Shown here piece after piece: positions 36,914-46,138 of a DNA stretch of 64,000 bases. Positions within the stretch are counted from its first letter, which is position 1. Every line of letters begins with the position of its first letter. This stretch comes from Myxococcales bacterium (GTDB lineage: Bacteria > Myxococcota_A > Polyangia > Polyangiales > Houyiibacteriaceae): positions 8,909 to 72,908 of the forward strand of contig JAOTXX010000008.1 in assembly GCA_029862185.1 (NCBI GenBank). Direction: 5' to 3'. A program made the position numbers and the translations under genes. The notes beneath the pieces were generated by a model that searched no databases, was not told the origin of the DNA, and was given only the letters and a program-made list of their open reading frames with translations.

Positions 36914-37582
36914 ATGTGGCGTTGGCTCCTATTTGTGCTGGCCGTGGCGGTGGGCTGCGCTGGCCGGCAGACCCCGGATGGCTCCGAAGAACTCGTCGTG
37001 AGCCCGATTCCAGTCCCGCAGCCGGTCTATCCGCGCGAGGAGCTGAGCAACGACTTGCAGGAGCTTTGGAAGCGGGTCGAAGAAGCGGTGGCGGTTCGTC
37101 CGCCCGAACCGCCCGACGGCGCCACCGAAGAAGTCATTCACGACTGGGCGGAGGGCGCGTTCCGCGATTGGATTCTTCGCCGCCAAGCTGCCACCGACCG
37201 TGCGCTTTCGGCAACCAAGGCGCTTCGCACCCACCCACTCTTCGAGCGCGGCATCGGCACCGCCCTTTTCGGTTACATGTACGAAGACATGGCCGGAAGC
37301 ATTCGCGGCGCGCCCGTCCCGGAAGACATCGCCGCTGACAAAGAGCTTCTCGAGATTTACACCAGCGCACTCACCGAGCACTTGACGCCTTTCGCCGAGC
37401 TTTCGGCGCGCGCCTACTACGCCTGCGTGGCGCTCTTCGTGAAGCTCGACGACCCGCAGTGGGGCGAGTGGGCGTACTACTGTGATGCACGTGGTGGTGA
37501 GGTGGTCGAGACCTTCAGGCTCGAGCCGCCGGAGCCGGTGGAGCCGGAAGCGACGTTGACGCAGTTGGTGACGGGGCGCTGA
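36914..37582 (+). CDS. Lipoprotein resembling the C-terminal helical domain of GltD/AgmU-type TPR proteins
   Basis: LAVAVG-C lipobox; GYMYEDMAGSIRGAPVP..Y..AL.E.LTP..AYYAC..W..C. Confidence 0.55.
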   Translation: MWRWLLFVLAVAVGCAGRQTPDGSEELVVSPIPVPQPVYPREELSNDLQELWKRVEEAVAVRPPEPPDGATEEVIHDWAEGAFRDWILRRQAATDRALSATKALRTHPLFERGIGTALFGYMYEDMAGSIRGAPVPEDIAADKELLEIYTSALTEHLTPFAELSARAYYACVALFVKLDDPQWGEWAYYCDARGGEVVETFRLEPPEPVEPEATLTQLVTGR

Positions 37583-37724
37583 CACGCGCGGTTGGCTACA
37601 CCCGTTTTGCTGCCGCGGCATTCGCTGCGCTTTGCCTTGCCGGCGCTTTGCGCCGGGCTTCGCCGTTCCGGCTTGCGCTGCCGCCTGCTGTCTTGGGGGG
37701 GGCTTCGGTGCCCCGCTCTTCCCC

Positions 37725-39368
37725 TTATACCTGTGCGACGTGTTCGGTCGCGCCCACGTTTTCCGTCGGTGGCTCGATCGACGCCGGGAGGTGCTTTGCC
37801 TCGATGAGGCTCATCGCGCGTTCGGCCAGCGTCGTAATCGTGAGCGAAGGGTTGACGCCGGGGTTTGCGGAAATCGCCGAGCCGTCGATGACGTAGAGGC
37901 CCGGGTAGTTGAACACCTCGTGCTTGTCGTTAATCACGCCCGTCTCCGCGGAGTCGCCCATGCAGGCGCCGCCCAAGATGTGAGCCGTCGACGGCACGCC
38001 CAAGAGCGTTTCGGTCATGAGAGTCGTCGTGACGCCGTTCACCTTGTCGGCAAAGCTCTCGGCGAGGTCGGTCGCCTCCTCCATGAACGCCGACGGCGCC
38101 TGGCTCGGATCGTCCACCTCGGTGACCAGTGCACGGCGATATCCCGTTCGCCATTCACGCCCGAGCTTCATCCGAAGCGTGCCTTCGAGCGAGCGCATGT
38201 AGAGCAGAACCTGTGAGTGCTTGGCCAGGTCGCTCACGAAAAGCGCCTTCAACCAGCGCACCGGCTGGCGCATGAAGGCCGCGATCCCGCCCCAAATTCG
38301 CGAGAGAACGGTTGGCCCCGGCGCATGCGGCGCGAGCAAGGTTCGGAAGAAGCCAGACCCGGCGCCGTAGCGTACCGGCTCCATGTGACTGTGCTCGTCC
38401 GTGTGCAGAATCGACGTGATGGCGACGCCCTTCGAGAAGTTGGTGCCCTTCTCGGGTGAGACGACTGCAATCAACGATTCGCTATTGGAGCGAACGAAGT
38501 CGCCGACACGGTCGGAGAGCTTGGGAAGGCCCTCTGGGTCCTCCTTCATTTGAAGAAGAAGTGGCATCGTGCCCATCACACCCCCGGAGAGGATCACCCG
38601 ATCTGCCGTGACCGCGTCTGCGCCGCTCCTGCTGAAGGTCGGCTTGGTCTCGACCCGGTAGCCGCCGCCGTCATTCGGCCGGACGGCGGTCACTTCGGTT
38701 TCCGGTCGCACCTCGGCGCCGTTCTTCTCAGCCAAGTACAGGTAGTTCTTGACCAGCGTGTTCTTCGCGCCGATTCGGCAGCCGGTCATGCAGGCGCCGC
38801 AGAAGTTGCAGCCCACGCGGTCGGGACCTTCTCCATCGAAGTACGGGTCAGGCACCTTCTTGTTGGGCTCCCCGAAGTACACGGCCACCTCGGTCGGGTG
38901 GCAGTGCTCTTCACGACCCATGTCGCGGGCGATTTCCTTCATCACCCGGTCGCCCTTGGTCTCGAGTGGATTCGGCGTGGCCCCGAGCATCCGCTTGGCG
39001 GTCGCGTAGTGAGGCGCGAGCTCGGTCTCCCAATCTCTGAGACTACCCCAGGACCCTCCCTGAAAGAACGGCGACTTCGGCGTGGGCAAGGTGTTCGCAT
39101 AGACGAGCGAGCCGCCGCCGACCCCGACACCGTGAAGCACGGTCATGTGCTTCAGGAACGACATCTGAAAGATCCCCTTCAGGCCGAGCATCGGGTTCCA
39201 CAGCCAACGCTTCACGTCCCAGTTGTTCTTCGGGAAGTCTTCGTCGTTGAAGCGTCGCCCCTTTTCGAGGACGAGGACCTTGTACCCTTTTTGCGTGAGC
39301 CGGTGTGCGGAGACGCTTCCGCCAAAACCCGACCCGATGATGACCCAGTCGTAGTGCTCTTCGCGCAT
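37725..39368 (-). CDS. GMC oxidoreductase, cholesterol oxidase (ChoD)-like
   Basis: IIGSGFGGSV, GVGGGSLVYANT, CNFCGACMTGCRIGAKNTLVKNYLYLAE, TAHILGG, GVNPSLTITTLAERAM. Confidence 0.85.
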   Translation of the reverse strand: MREEHYDWVIIGSGFGGSVSAHRLTQKGYKVLVLEKGRRFNDEDFPKNNWDVKRWLWNPMLGLKGIFQMSFLKHMTVLHGVGVGGGSLVYANTLPTPKSPFFQGGSWGSLRDWETELAPHYATAKRMLGATPNPLETKGDRVMKEIARDMGREEHCHPTEVAVYFGEPNKKVPDPYFDGEGPDRVGCNFCGACMTGCRIGAKNTLVKNYLYLAEKNGAEVRPETEVTAVRPNDGGGYRVETKPTFSRSGADAVTADRVILSGGVMGTMPLLLQMKEDPEGLPKLSDRVGDFVRSNSESLIAVVSPEKGTNFSKGVAITSILHTDEHSHMEPVRYGAGSGFFRTLLAPHAPGPTVLSRIWGGIAAFMRQPVRWLKALFVSDLAKHSQVLLYMRSLEGTLRMKLGREWRTGYRRALVTEVDDPSQAPSAFMEEATDLAESFADKVNGVTTTLMTETLLGVPSTAHILGGACMGDSAETGVINDKHEVFNYPGLYVIDGSAISANPGVNPSLTITTLAERAMSLIEAKHLPASIEPPTENVGATEHVAQV

Positions 39369-39409
39369 GCGGCTACTCTACGCTGCAAACACGCTGAAAT
39401 CGAGCCGGC

Positions 39410-40009
39410 TCAGCTCCCCGCGCCGCCGATCGAGCGTTGCATGCCGATCAGGGTCAGGAGCTCCATCCGGGCCGCTTCATCCTTGAGGAAGCAGCCGGTC
39501 AGGCGGCTGGTCGTCGTCCAAGACCCGGGTTTGCGAACCCCCCGGTAACACATGCAGAAGTGCTGGCACTGCATGACGACCGCCGTGCCCTGGGGCGTCA
39601 GGGTTTCGTTCATCGCGTTGGCGATTTGGGCGGTGAGCTTTTCCTGGACCTGCAGCCGCTTGGCAAAGGTGTCCACGACACGGGCGATTTTGGAAAGCCC
39701 CACGACTTTGCCGTCGGGGATGTAGGCCACGTGCGCTTTGCCTACGAAGGGCACCACGTGGTGCTCGCAGTGACTGTAAATCTCGATGTCGCTCACGAGC
39801 ACGAGCTCGTCGTAGCCTTCGACCTCGGTAAACGTTCGCGAGAGATGCGCCACCGGGTCTTCATGGTATCCACGAAAGTGTTCCTGTATCGCGCCGAGGA
39901 CTCGCTTCGGTGTATCCAGAAGCCCTTCACGCTCGGGGTCATCGCCGAGGTACCCCAGCAGCTTCCGGACGCACTCTTTCGCCTCTTCGTCGCCAATTTT
40001 TTCAGTCAT
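39410..40009 (-). CDS. folE: GTP cyclohydrolase I
   Basis: [50 protein letters not shown]. Confidence 0.97.
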   Translation of the reverse strand: MTEKIGDEEAKECVRKLLGYLGDDPEREGLLDTPKRVLGAIQEHFRGYHEDPVAHLSRTFTEVEGYDELVLVSDIEIYSHCEHHVVPFVGKAHVAYIPDGKVVGLSKIARVVDTFAKRLQVQEKLTAQIANAMNETLTPQGTAVVMQCQHFCMCYRGVRKPGSWTTTSRLTGCFLKDEAARMELLTLIGMQRSIGGAGS

Positions 40010-40041
40010 TGCAGTTAGCCACCCTTGCGCCGGGCTAGGTC

Positions 40042-40085
40042 CCCGTCAAGCCCGTCAAGCCCGTCAAGCCTGTCAAGCCCGTCAA
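40042..40085. repeat. 9-bp tandem repeat (CCCGTCAAG) x about 5 upstream of folE
   Basis: cccgtcaag cccgtcaag cccgtcaag cctgtcaag cccgtcaa. Confidence 0.9.
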
Positions 40086-42004
40086 CTCACGCGCTTCGAG
40101 ATCCGCCCTCGCGGAGCTCCGGAGAAGCGGGTCGTGCCGCCGGGGCGTCGAATCGAACGGTTGAGCGACTGCCGTGGGTAGAGCCCATCCTTTCGCGCCC
40201 GGCGGCCAGGCTGCGAATGCGCTTCAGGTGACGGATCGGCGACCTGGCGCTCGCTGAGCACAGGCAAGCCTTCGAGCTGCCTCCCCTCCGCAGGCTTGGC
40301 CTCGATGGGCGACGCTTCCGATGCAGGCGGAGCGTCCATTTCGGCGTAAACCTCACCGCGGGCCGCTGCACCACCCGCACGCCGGCCCGAATACACGCAG
40401 TCTGCAATCGACAAACCACTCACGTACTGCCGCGAGCAGACGCCCACCGCGTTTCGCCCCGCGGCGTACAGGCCGGGAATCACACCACCGTGTTCGCCCA
40501 TCACCTGGCCCGTTCGCTCGTCGACGACCAAACCGCCGAGCGTCAGCGTCGGGCACGGGAAACGCTTGCTCTTGATGCCGGCGTCAATCGCAAAGTATGG
40601 CCCCTTGCGCATCGCGTGCATCTTCCCCGGGTCCTTGCCGAAGCGGTCCACGACCTTGCCATCCGCAGCGTCGTTGTACTCCTCGAGCGTCCGTCGAAGC
40701 GTGTCCACCGGCACCTTGGCCACCTTTGCGAGCTCTTCAACCGATTTCGCCTCCTTGCTGTTGAACCACAAGTTGAGGAGCGCCGGCGCCCGCTGAAACC
40801 ACTGCGCCTTTCCAGGCTTGCACTGCTCGCGCGCCAGCTTCTTGAGCTCGCCGTTGATGATGAGAAGGGCAACCCCGCGGTTGTGCTCGACCATCGCTTC
40901 GCCCACCGCCGCGCCGTACATGAACTCGTTGATGTAGCGCTCGCCGTTCTGGTTGAGAATCATCCCCCTGGCGAACGCCTCCGGCGGGTTGATGAATCGC
41001 CACGCCGAAATTCGATCCATGAGGTCGGTCTTGCCGCCCACGCTCTGTCCGAGCAGGATGCCGCTCCCGTTGTCCGACGTCGTCCCGAGCGGCATTCCCG
41101 TCCGGTATTTCGGGGCGATTTCCTTAACCATTGCGCGGTTGTAAATGAAGCCGCCGGCCGCGAGGACCACGCCCTTCACCGCACGCACGCGCTTCACTAC
41201 CGAGTGCTCGGCTTCGATTTGAAAGCAGCGTTCGCGAAGCTTTGCGGCGGTCTTCGGATGATATTTGACGACGGCGATGCCGGCCTGGTGCAGGCGACGG
41301 TACAGCCGACTCCAAAACCCATTCGTGACCTGCCGGTACTCGACGCCGAGCACCTGGTTCTTGCCGTCGACGACGAGGCGCGTCACTCGGGTCTCGTACT
41401 CGACGTCGATGCCCACGCGCGCGGTGGCCTTGCGAAGTGGCTCGTAGAAGCTCTCGCCCGGGAGCCCGGCACCCTTGGCACGATGGCCGCGCGGGGCCGG
41501 CTTGGCCGCTTCTTTGTAAGGAGAGAACCCTTCGTTGCCGGAGTAGTAGAGGTAGTAGTCGTCGGTCGGGTAGCTCGTCTTGTACGGGCAGAGCGAGCCT
41601 TCGAACGGAACGCCGTGCCCTTCGAGCCAGCTCAGGTTCTCGACGCTCCGATCGCAAAAGTCGCGAAGCGTCTCGTTGGAGACCACGCCCTTCACCTCGA
41701 GCGAAAGGTAGCGAAACATCTCGTCGGCATCGTCGCTCACGCCCGCTTCACGTTGGACGTGCGTGCCGCCGCCCGCGTAGAACACACCGCCGCTAATCGC
41801 GGTCGCGCCACCACCGTGGAAGCGGTCGAGCACCCGCACCCGGGCGCCCGCGGCATGGGCTTCGAGCGCCGCGCAGGCCCCCGCCCCGCCGAACCCCACG
41901 ACGACCACGTCCGCTTCATCGTCCCAGGCGTCCTGTGCGTCCTTGGTCAGGACCAGCGGCGGATCGGCCGGCCGCGGGGCCAGCGACTTCTTCCCTTTTG
42001 CCAT
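40082..42004 (-). CDS. FAD-binding protein, 3-ketosteroid dehydrogenase/fumarate reductase flavoprotein family (delta4-5alpha KSTD-like)
   Basis: VVVVGFGGAGACAA, GGATAISGG, TLTLGGLVVD, GLYAAG, YVSGLSIADCVYSGRRAG; the C-terminal tail after about AARGE is low-complexity. Confidence 0.8.
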   Translation of the reverse strand: MAKGKKSLAPRPADPPLVLTKDAQDAWDDEADVVVVGFGGAGACAALEAHAAGARVRVLDRFHGGGATAISGGVFYAGGGTHVQREAGVSDDADEMFRYLSLEVKGVVSNETLRDFCDRSVENLSWLEGHGVPFEGSLCPYKTSYPTDDYYLYYSGNEGFSPYKEAAKPAPRGHRAKGAGLPGESFYEPLRKATARVGIDVEYETRVTRLVVDGKNQVLGVEYRQVTNGFWSRLYRRLHQAGIAVVKYHPKTAAKLRERCFQIEAEHSVVKRVRAVKGVVLAAGGFIYNRAMVKEIAPKYRTGMPLGTTSDNGSGILLGQSVGGKTDLMDRISAWRFINPPEAFARGMILNQNGERYINEFMYGAAVGEAMVEHNRGVALLIINGELKKLAREQCKPGKAQWFQRAPALLNLWFNSKEAKSVEELAKVAKVPVDTLRRTLEEYNDAADGKVVDRFGKDPGKMHAMRKGPYFAIDAGIKSKRFPCPTLTLGGLVVDERTGQVMGEHGGVIPGLYAAGRNAVGVCSRQYVSGLSIADCVYSGRRAGGAAARGEVYAEMDAPPASEASPIEAKPAEGRQLEGLPVLSERQVADPSPEAHSQPGRRARKDGLYPRQSLNRSIRRPGGTTRFSGAPRGRISKRVS

Positions 42005-42058
42005 GGGGAAGAAATAGAACATGTTTCACTTATGCTGTCGAGGCGATTTGATTTTGGG

Positions 42059-42625
42059 CTAAGGCGTCAATTTTGCTTGGCTATTGGCAAGCCCCGCGCG
42101 GCATCGAAGGTCCCAGGCGTCCAGGTGCGGCCCCCCCGTGCTGCAGCCCCGCGCACATCGCGCCCAAAAGGCATTGGCCTGCTCCCAAAGCCGCCCTTCT
42201 TGGTCCTTCCAGTCGGCATCGAAGCCCGCCTCTCCCGCTTCCGCCGACGCCTGGGTCAATGCCGTCGCAATCCGTTCGTAAACCATCGCGATGCGCCCGT
42301 TGGCCACGGCGTAGACATCGCCCGGCCCCACGCGAAGGCCTTTGAGCAAGGCAAGCGCGCGCTCCACCAAGTCGGTTTCCTCATCGAGCCAGGGCGCAAA
42401 GTCGTCGAGCTCTCCGCTCCAGTTCAACGCAAGCGCAGCGTCGGTCGCGTCGCGCAGGGCGGCGTAGGCGCCCGTTCCCGAGCCGAAGGGGTCGACCGGG
42501 CTGGCCTGGTCATAGGCCCGGATCGCGCTTGGCTCGATGACGACGGCCTGGTCCTTGCCGCGTTGGCACCCGAGCGCGAGAAACAGGAGCAGGCAAGCGG
42601 GCACGGCGATGGAGGCGATGGGCAT
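42059..42625 (-). CDS. Lipoprotein, distant relative of 36914-37582
   Basis: LALG-C lipobox; ANGRIAMVYERIA..W..C..C..W..RC pattern. Confidence 0.55.
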   Translation of the reverse strand: MPIASIAVPACLLLFLALGCQRGKDQAVVIEPSAIRAYDQASPVDPFGSGTGAYAALRDATDAALALNWSGELDDFAPWLDEETDLVERALALLKGLRVGPGDVYAVANGRIAMVYERIATALTQASAEAGEAGFDADWKDQEGRLWEQANAFWARCARGCSTGGPHLDAWDLRCRAGLANSQAKLTP

Positions 42626-42659
42626 TCAGCGTACCATAGCGCACGAGCGGCGAACGGTT

Positions 42660-43445
42660 CTACTGCGGTGTCCCGGGCACCGCGGCTTCGAGAAAGTCGA
42701 GGTAGCGCGCCGCGATGGTCCCGACGAGAAGCAAGTCGTTATGGTCCATGCGCGGGACTTCGATGTACTCATCCGCGCGGAACAGCCTGGCGAGCTCCTT
42801 GCCGTGGTGCACATCGATGAGGGTGTCTGCGCGACCGTGGGCGACGAGCACCGGGCACGAGACCTTCCCCGCGAATTCGCGGGTCATGAAACGGTGCCGC
42901 AGCACGCTTCCAGTTGGAAGAAAGGGGTAGTGCTCCTTGGCGAGGGCGACCAACGACGTGAATGTCGACTCCATCACCAGTGCGCCGGGGCCTACCTTCG
43001 CCGCGAGCGGCACGGCCACGCCACCGCCAAGGCTCCGCCCATGAATCGCCACCCGGCTCGGCGCGGCGCCGAGCTCGCCGGTCACCCAGCGCCACGCGGC
43101 CATCGCATCGCGGTGCAAACCTGCCTCGCTCGGGACACCGCTGCTCCCCGGGTAACCGCGGTAGTGAATGCCGACGAAATCCCAGCCCTCGCTCAGCAAG
43201 AGGTTCTGCAGCTCGATCTGTGCGAGCAGCGACGACGCGTTGCCGTGGAAGTAAAGGACGACCCGTCGCGGCCCCGACCAAACCGCAGCCCGGTGCCAGC
43301 CGTAAAGGGTTTCGCCGTCTTCGGTCGCGATGCGGAGCTCTGTCGCGCCGACCTTCCCTGCAACCTCGTTCAGCAGCGAGACGCTGACCCCCTCCGGCCC
43401 CGGGAAAACCATCCGCCGTTGAAACTGTGCGAACACGCTGCGCAT
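42660..43445 (-). CDS. Alpha/beta hydrolase (ABHD13/Bem46-like)
   Basis: LYFHGNA, YRGYPGSSGVPSEAGL, HGRSLGG, HGRAD, HND. Confidence 0.88.
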   Translation of the reverse strand: MRSVFAQFQRRMVFPGPEGVSVSLLNEVAGKVGATELRIATEDGETLYGWHRAAVWSGPRRVVLYFHGNASSLLAQIELQNLLLSEGWDFVGIHYRGYPGSSGVPSEAGLHRDAMAAWRWVTGELGAAPSRVAIHGRSLGGGVAVPLAAKVGPGALVMESTFTSLVALAKEHYPFLPTGSVLRHRFMTREFAGKVSCPVLVAHGRADTLIDVHHGKELARLFRADEYIEVPRMDHNDLLLVGTIAARYLDFLEAAVPGTPQ

Positions 43446-43475
43446 GAATTACCATGCGAATCGATGACAGGAAGC

Positions 43476-44000
43476 ATGAAAACAGTCGCCCTGGCGCTCG
43501 TGTTGCTCGCGACGGCTTGCGGCGGGTCGAAGCCCGCGACCTCTGGGTCGAAGGGCAAGATCAGCGCCATGGACGCAATGGGGCTCACGCCACCCGACTC
43601 ACCCTGGGAGCAAATGAGCGTTGCCGACCGAGAATTCTACATGATTGGCAAGGTGAACCCGATCATGCAGGAGCTCTTTGCCGCCCACGACGCAGAAGAA
43701 TATGGCGACTTCGACTGCGTCGACTGCCACGGCGAAGAGATGCGCGAAATCGATTTCAAAATGCCCGCCCCGTCGATGTACATCGTCCCGCCTGAGGGCA
43801 CGCCGGGGCATCGCGGCATGTTGTCGACGTTCCCCGAAGCAGTGAAGTTCATGCAGGAGGTCGTGACGCCTGGAATGGGCAAGCTCCTCGGCGTCGACAA
43901 CTTCACCTGCGCCGGCTGTCATCCGAGCGAAGCGCCCAAGAAGAATAGGCCCAAGAACGCGGCTGCCGCGAAGCGCAAGAGCGCCAAGCCCAGAGGATAA
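43476..44000 (+). CDS. Dihaem c-type cytochrome lipoprotein
   Basis: LATA-C lipobox, CVDCH and CAGCH haem motifs, Met-rich segments, Lys-rich tail. Confidence 0.8.
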   Translation: MKTVALALVLLATACGGSKPATSGSKGKISAMDAMGLTPPDSPWEQMSVADREFYMIGKVNPIMQELFAAHDAEEYGDFDCVDCHGEEMREIDFKMPAPSMYIVPPEGTPGHRGMLSTFPEAVKFMQEVVTPGMGKLLGVDNFTCAGCHPSEAPKKNRPKNAAAAKRKSAKPRG

Positions 44001-44075
44001 GCCGCCGCCCGGCCATCTTTGACCCCGCCCAGCGCCCCTGCTAGCGTTCAGCCACTTTTTTGGAAAGGGAGTCCG

Positions 44076-44429
44076 ATGACCTGGGTCATTACACGTCTTT
44101 GCCGCGACTGCGTCGACAAATCCTGCGTCGACGTCTGTCCCGTCGAGTGCATCTACGAGTACAAGGGTGACGACACCGAGACGTTCCCGAATCAGCTGTA
44201 CATCCAGCCGGAAGAGTGCATCGACTGTGGCGCGTGCGAGCCCGAATGTCCCTGGGAAGCTATCTACGAGGACGCGTCGGTTCCCCCGGTGTTCGAGGAC
44301 GACACCCCGCTCAACGCGAAGATGATGGAAGTCCAAGACGACTTCGAGGTCCCCGTCAACGACGGCACCGACCAGCCGACCCCCGAGCAAGTCGCCGAAA
44401 ACAAAGCCAAGTGGGGCCTCAGCTCTTAG
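44076..44429 (+). CDS. Ferredoxin (7Fe FdxA-type)
   Basis: [18 protein letters not shown] and [12 protein letters not shown]; AGGGAG RBS. Confidence 0.92.
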   Translation: MTWVITRLCRDCVDKSCVDVCPVECIYEYKGDDTETFPNQLYIQPEECIDCGACEPECPWEAIYEDASVPPVFEDDTPLNAKMMEVQDDFEVPVNDGTDQPTPEQVAENKAKWGLSS

Positions 44430-45597
44430 GCGATAGGGACGTCCGTTTTCGCCCTTGCACCAATCGGTACACCGCATAGGCGTACGCGACCGCCAGCGCC
44501 GTGACGCCGAGGTAGCCGACGTTCAGGTAGAAGCCCGCAAGCTCGGGGGCCGTCCAGCCAAACTGGGCGACGAGGCGATTCATGTCACCGTCGCTCTCGC
44601 TCCCGACGGCCGAGCCCCAAGGTATCTTGGAAACATCGGTCGACGCGCGGTGCCAGAGCGTCAATGCGTGCGTGAAGCAGACCGCCGCCGGAATCACAGC
44701 GACCCATCGCCAGAAGTCCCATCGCAAGCGGTCGGGCCCCGGGAAGTGAAACGCGATGAGGATGAACCCCGCGAAGACGAGCTCCCCAAGCGCGCCTGAT
44801 AAGATCTGCCACATCAGCGTGCGCGTTGGCGAGACGAGAAACGTGATGACAAACCAAGCGAAGGTCACCACCGACACGCTGCCGAACATGAACCGGTTCT
44901 TCTCTCGGTAGGTGTGGAACAGGAACCACCCAAGCACGCCGGCGACGATGAGCCCCATCAGCATCGATTGGTCGTCGTACCAGAACGTGAAAAATGGAAG
45001 CGGAATGGCGATGCGGCTGCTCAGCCATGACCCGGCGGCGTGGCCGAGCTCGTGAAAGGGCATCCCCACCAAGAACGACAAGAGCCGGCCTAAGTTGCCG
45101 GAACAGAGCCACCAGCTCAGCAACAACAGCACGGGCACCGCCACGAGATTCTCGAAGCCCTCGTCGAACTTGCTTCGGCTGTGGGTGAGCCGCGGGCCTG
45201 TCGGGAGCGACGGCGCCTGGCTGACCGTGGGCCTGACAATCGGCGGAACCGGCAGCGAAGTCCGTAACGCGCGCGCCAACGCAAAAAACGCCCCGTCGGC
45301 GAGCCACATCCCTCCGCACGCGCGGCACTGCCAGCAGCCGGCGTCGGGCGCGCCCTTGATGCCTAGCGGTTGCATCGCCGGGTCCACGCACTTCGGGCAG
45401 TGCATACCGACTTCGTCACCTAAGGAGAGTGGGACGACGTCGGTCGCCCTGCTGAGCGACCCCCGGCCGACGAGCTCGCGGATCTCGTGGCGGTCCAAGT
45501 AGAGCCCGCGACATTGCGCACAGAGGTCGACCTCGACGCCCGGGCTCGCTTCGTAACCCGAGAGTGGCATCGAAACACAGCTTGGACACTCCCCCAC
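44419..45597 (-). CDS. Protein with two zf-TFIIB-like zinc ribbons fused to an M50-like membrane domain
   Basis: [14 protein letters not shown] and [13 protein letters not shown]; HELGH zinc motif; SDGDMNRL; GTG start inferred. Confidence 0.7.
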   Translation of the reverse strand: MGECPSCVSMPLSGYEASPGVEVDLCAQCRGLYLDRHEIRELVGRGSLSRATDVVPLSLGDEVGMHCPKCVDPAMQPLGIKGAPDAGCWQCRACGGMWLADGAFFALARALRTSLPVPPIVRPTVSQAPSLPTGPRLTHSRSKFDEGFENLVAVPVLLLLSWWLCSGNLGRLLSFLVGMPFHELGHAAGSWLSSRIAIPLPFFTFWYDDQSMLMGLIVAGVLGWFLFHTYREKNRFMFGSVSVVTFAWFVITFLVSPTRTLMWQILSGALGELVFAGFILIAFHFPGPDRLRWDFWRWVAVIPAAVCFTHALTLWHRASTDVSKIPWGSAVGSESDGDMNRLVAQFGWTAPELAGFYLNVGYLGVTALAVAYAYAVYRLVQGRKRTSLSPKS

Positions 45598-45688
45598 CCC
45601 TCGAGTGTAACGAGCTTTTGCGCGACCTCCATAGTGTGCTGCCCGATTCGCCATGCCGCCGCCCCGACCCCGCTGTATGCTGCCCCGC

Positions 45689-46138
45689 ATGCGACGAACG
45701 CTCGCCGAAAATGGCGCCTTCCTGCTCCGGGTTGCGGTGTCTTTGATGATGCTGAGCCACGGGGTCCCAAAGGCCCTCGACTACGATGTGCTCGTTCAGA
45801 GCTTTCCCGACCCTCTCAACGTGGGCACCGAAGTGAGCGTCATGCTCATCCTCTTTGCAGAGGTGGGCTGCTCCATTTTACTGCTGCTCGGTGTGTTCGG
45901 CCGCTTCGCCTCGGCGACGCTCTTCATCGCGATGATGGTCGCCGCGTTTGCGCACCACTTCAACGACCCATGGGCCACGCGGGAGCTCCCGATGCTCTAC
46001 GCGGCGGTCTACGCCAGCCTCACCTTTACCGGCCCGGGTTCGCTCTCCATCGACGGCTGGCTCGCTAAGACGGTCTTCGAAACAAAGGCACCAGCTTCTC
46101 CAAAGCCGCCTCGAGTCGAGCCGGGGGGACCGACGTGA
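45689..46138 (+). CDS. DoxX family protein
   Basis: LLRVAVSLMMLSHGVPK, FAEVGCS, GPGSLSID. Confidence 0.9.
   Translation: MRRTLAENGAFLLRVAVSLMMLSHGVPKALDYDVLVQSFPDPLNVGTEVSVMLILFAEVGCSILLLLGVFGRFASATLFIAMMVAAFAHHFNDPWATRELPMLYAAVYASLTFTGPGSLSIDGWLAKTVFETKAPASPKPPRVEPGGPT

Noticed and set aside
40082-40350. Long C-terminal extension of the FAD-binding protein as an extra domain
   Set aside because: Low-complexity Pro/Ala/Arg sequence after the conserved end; probably a disordered tail or stop-codon drift.
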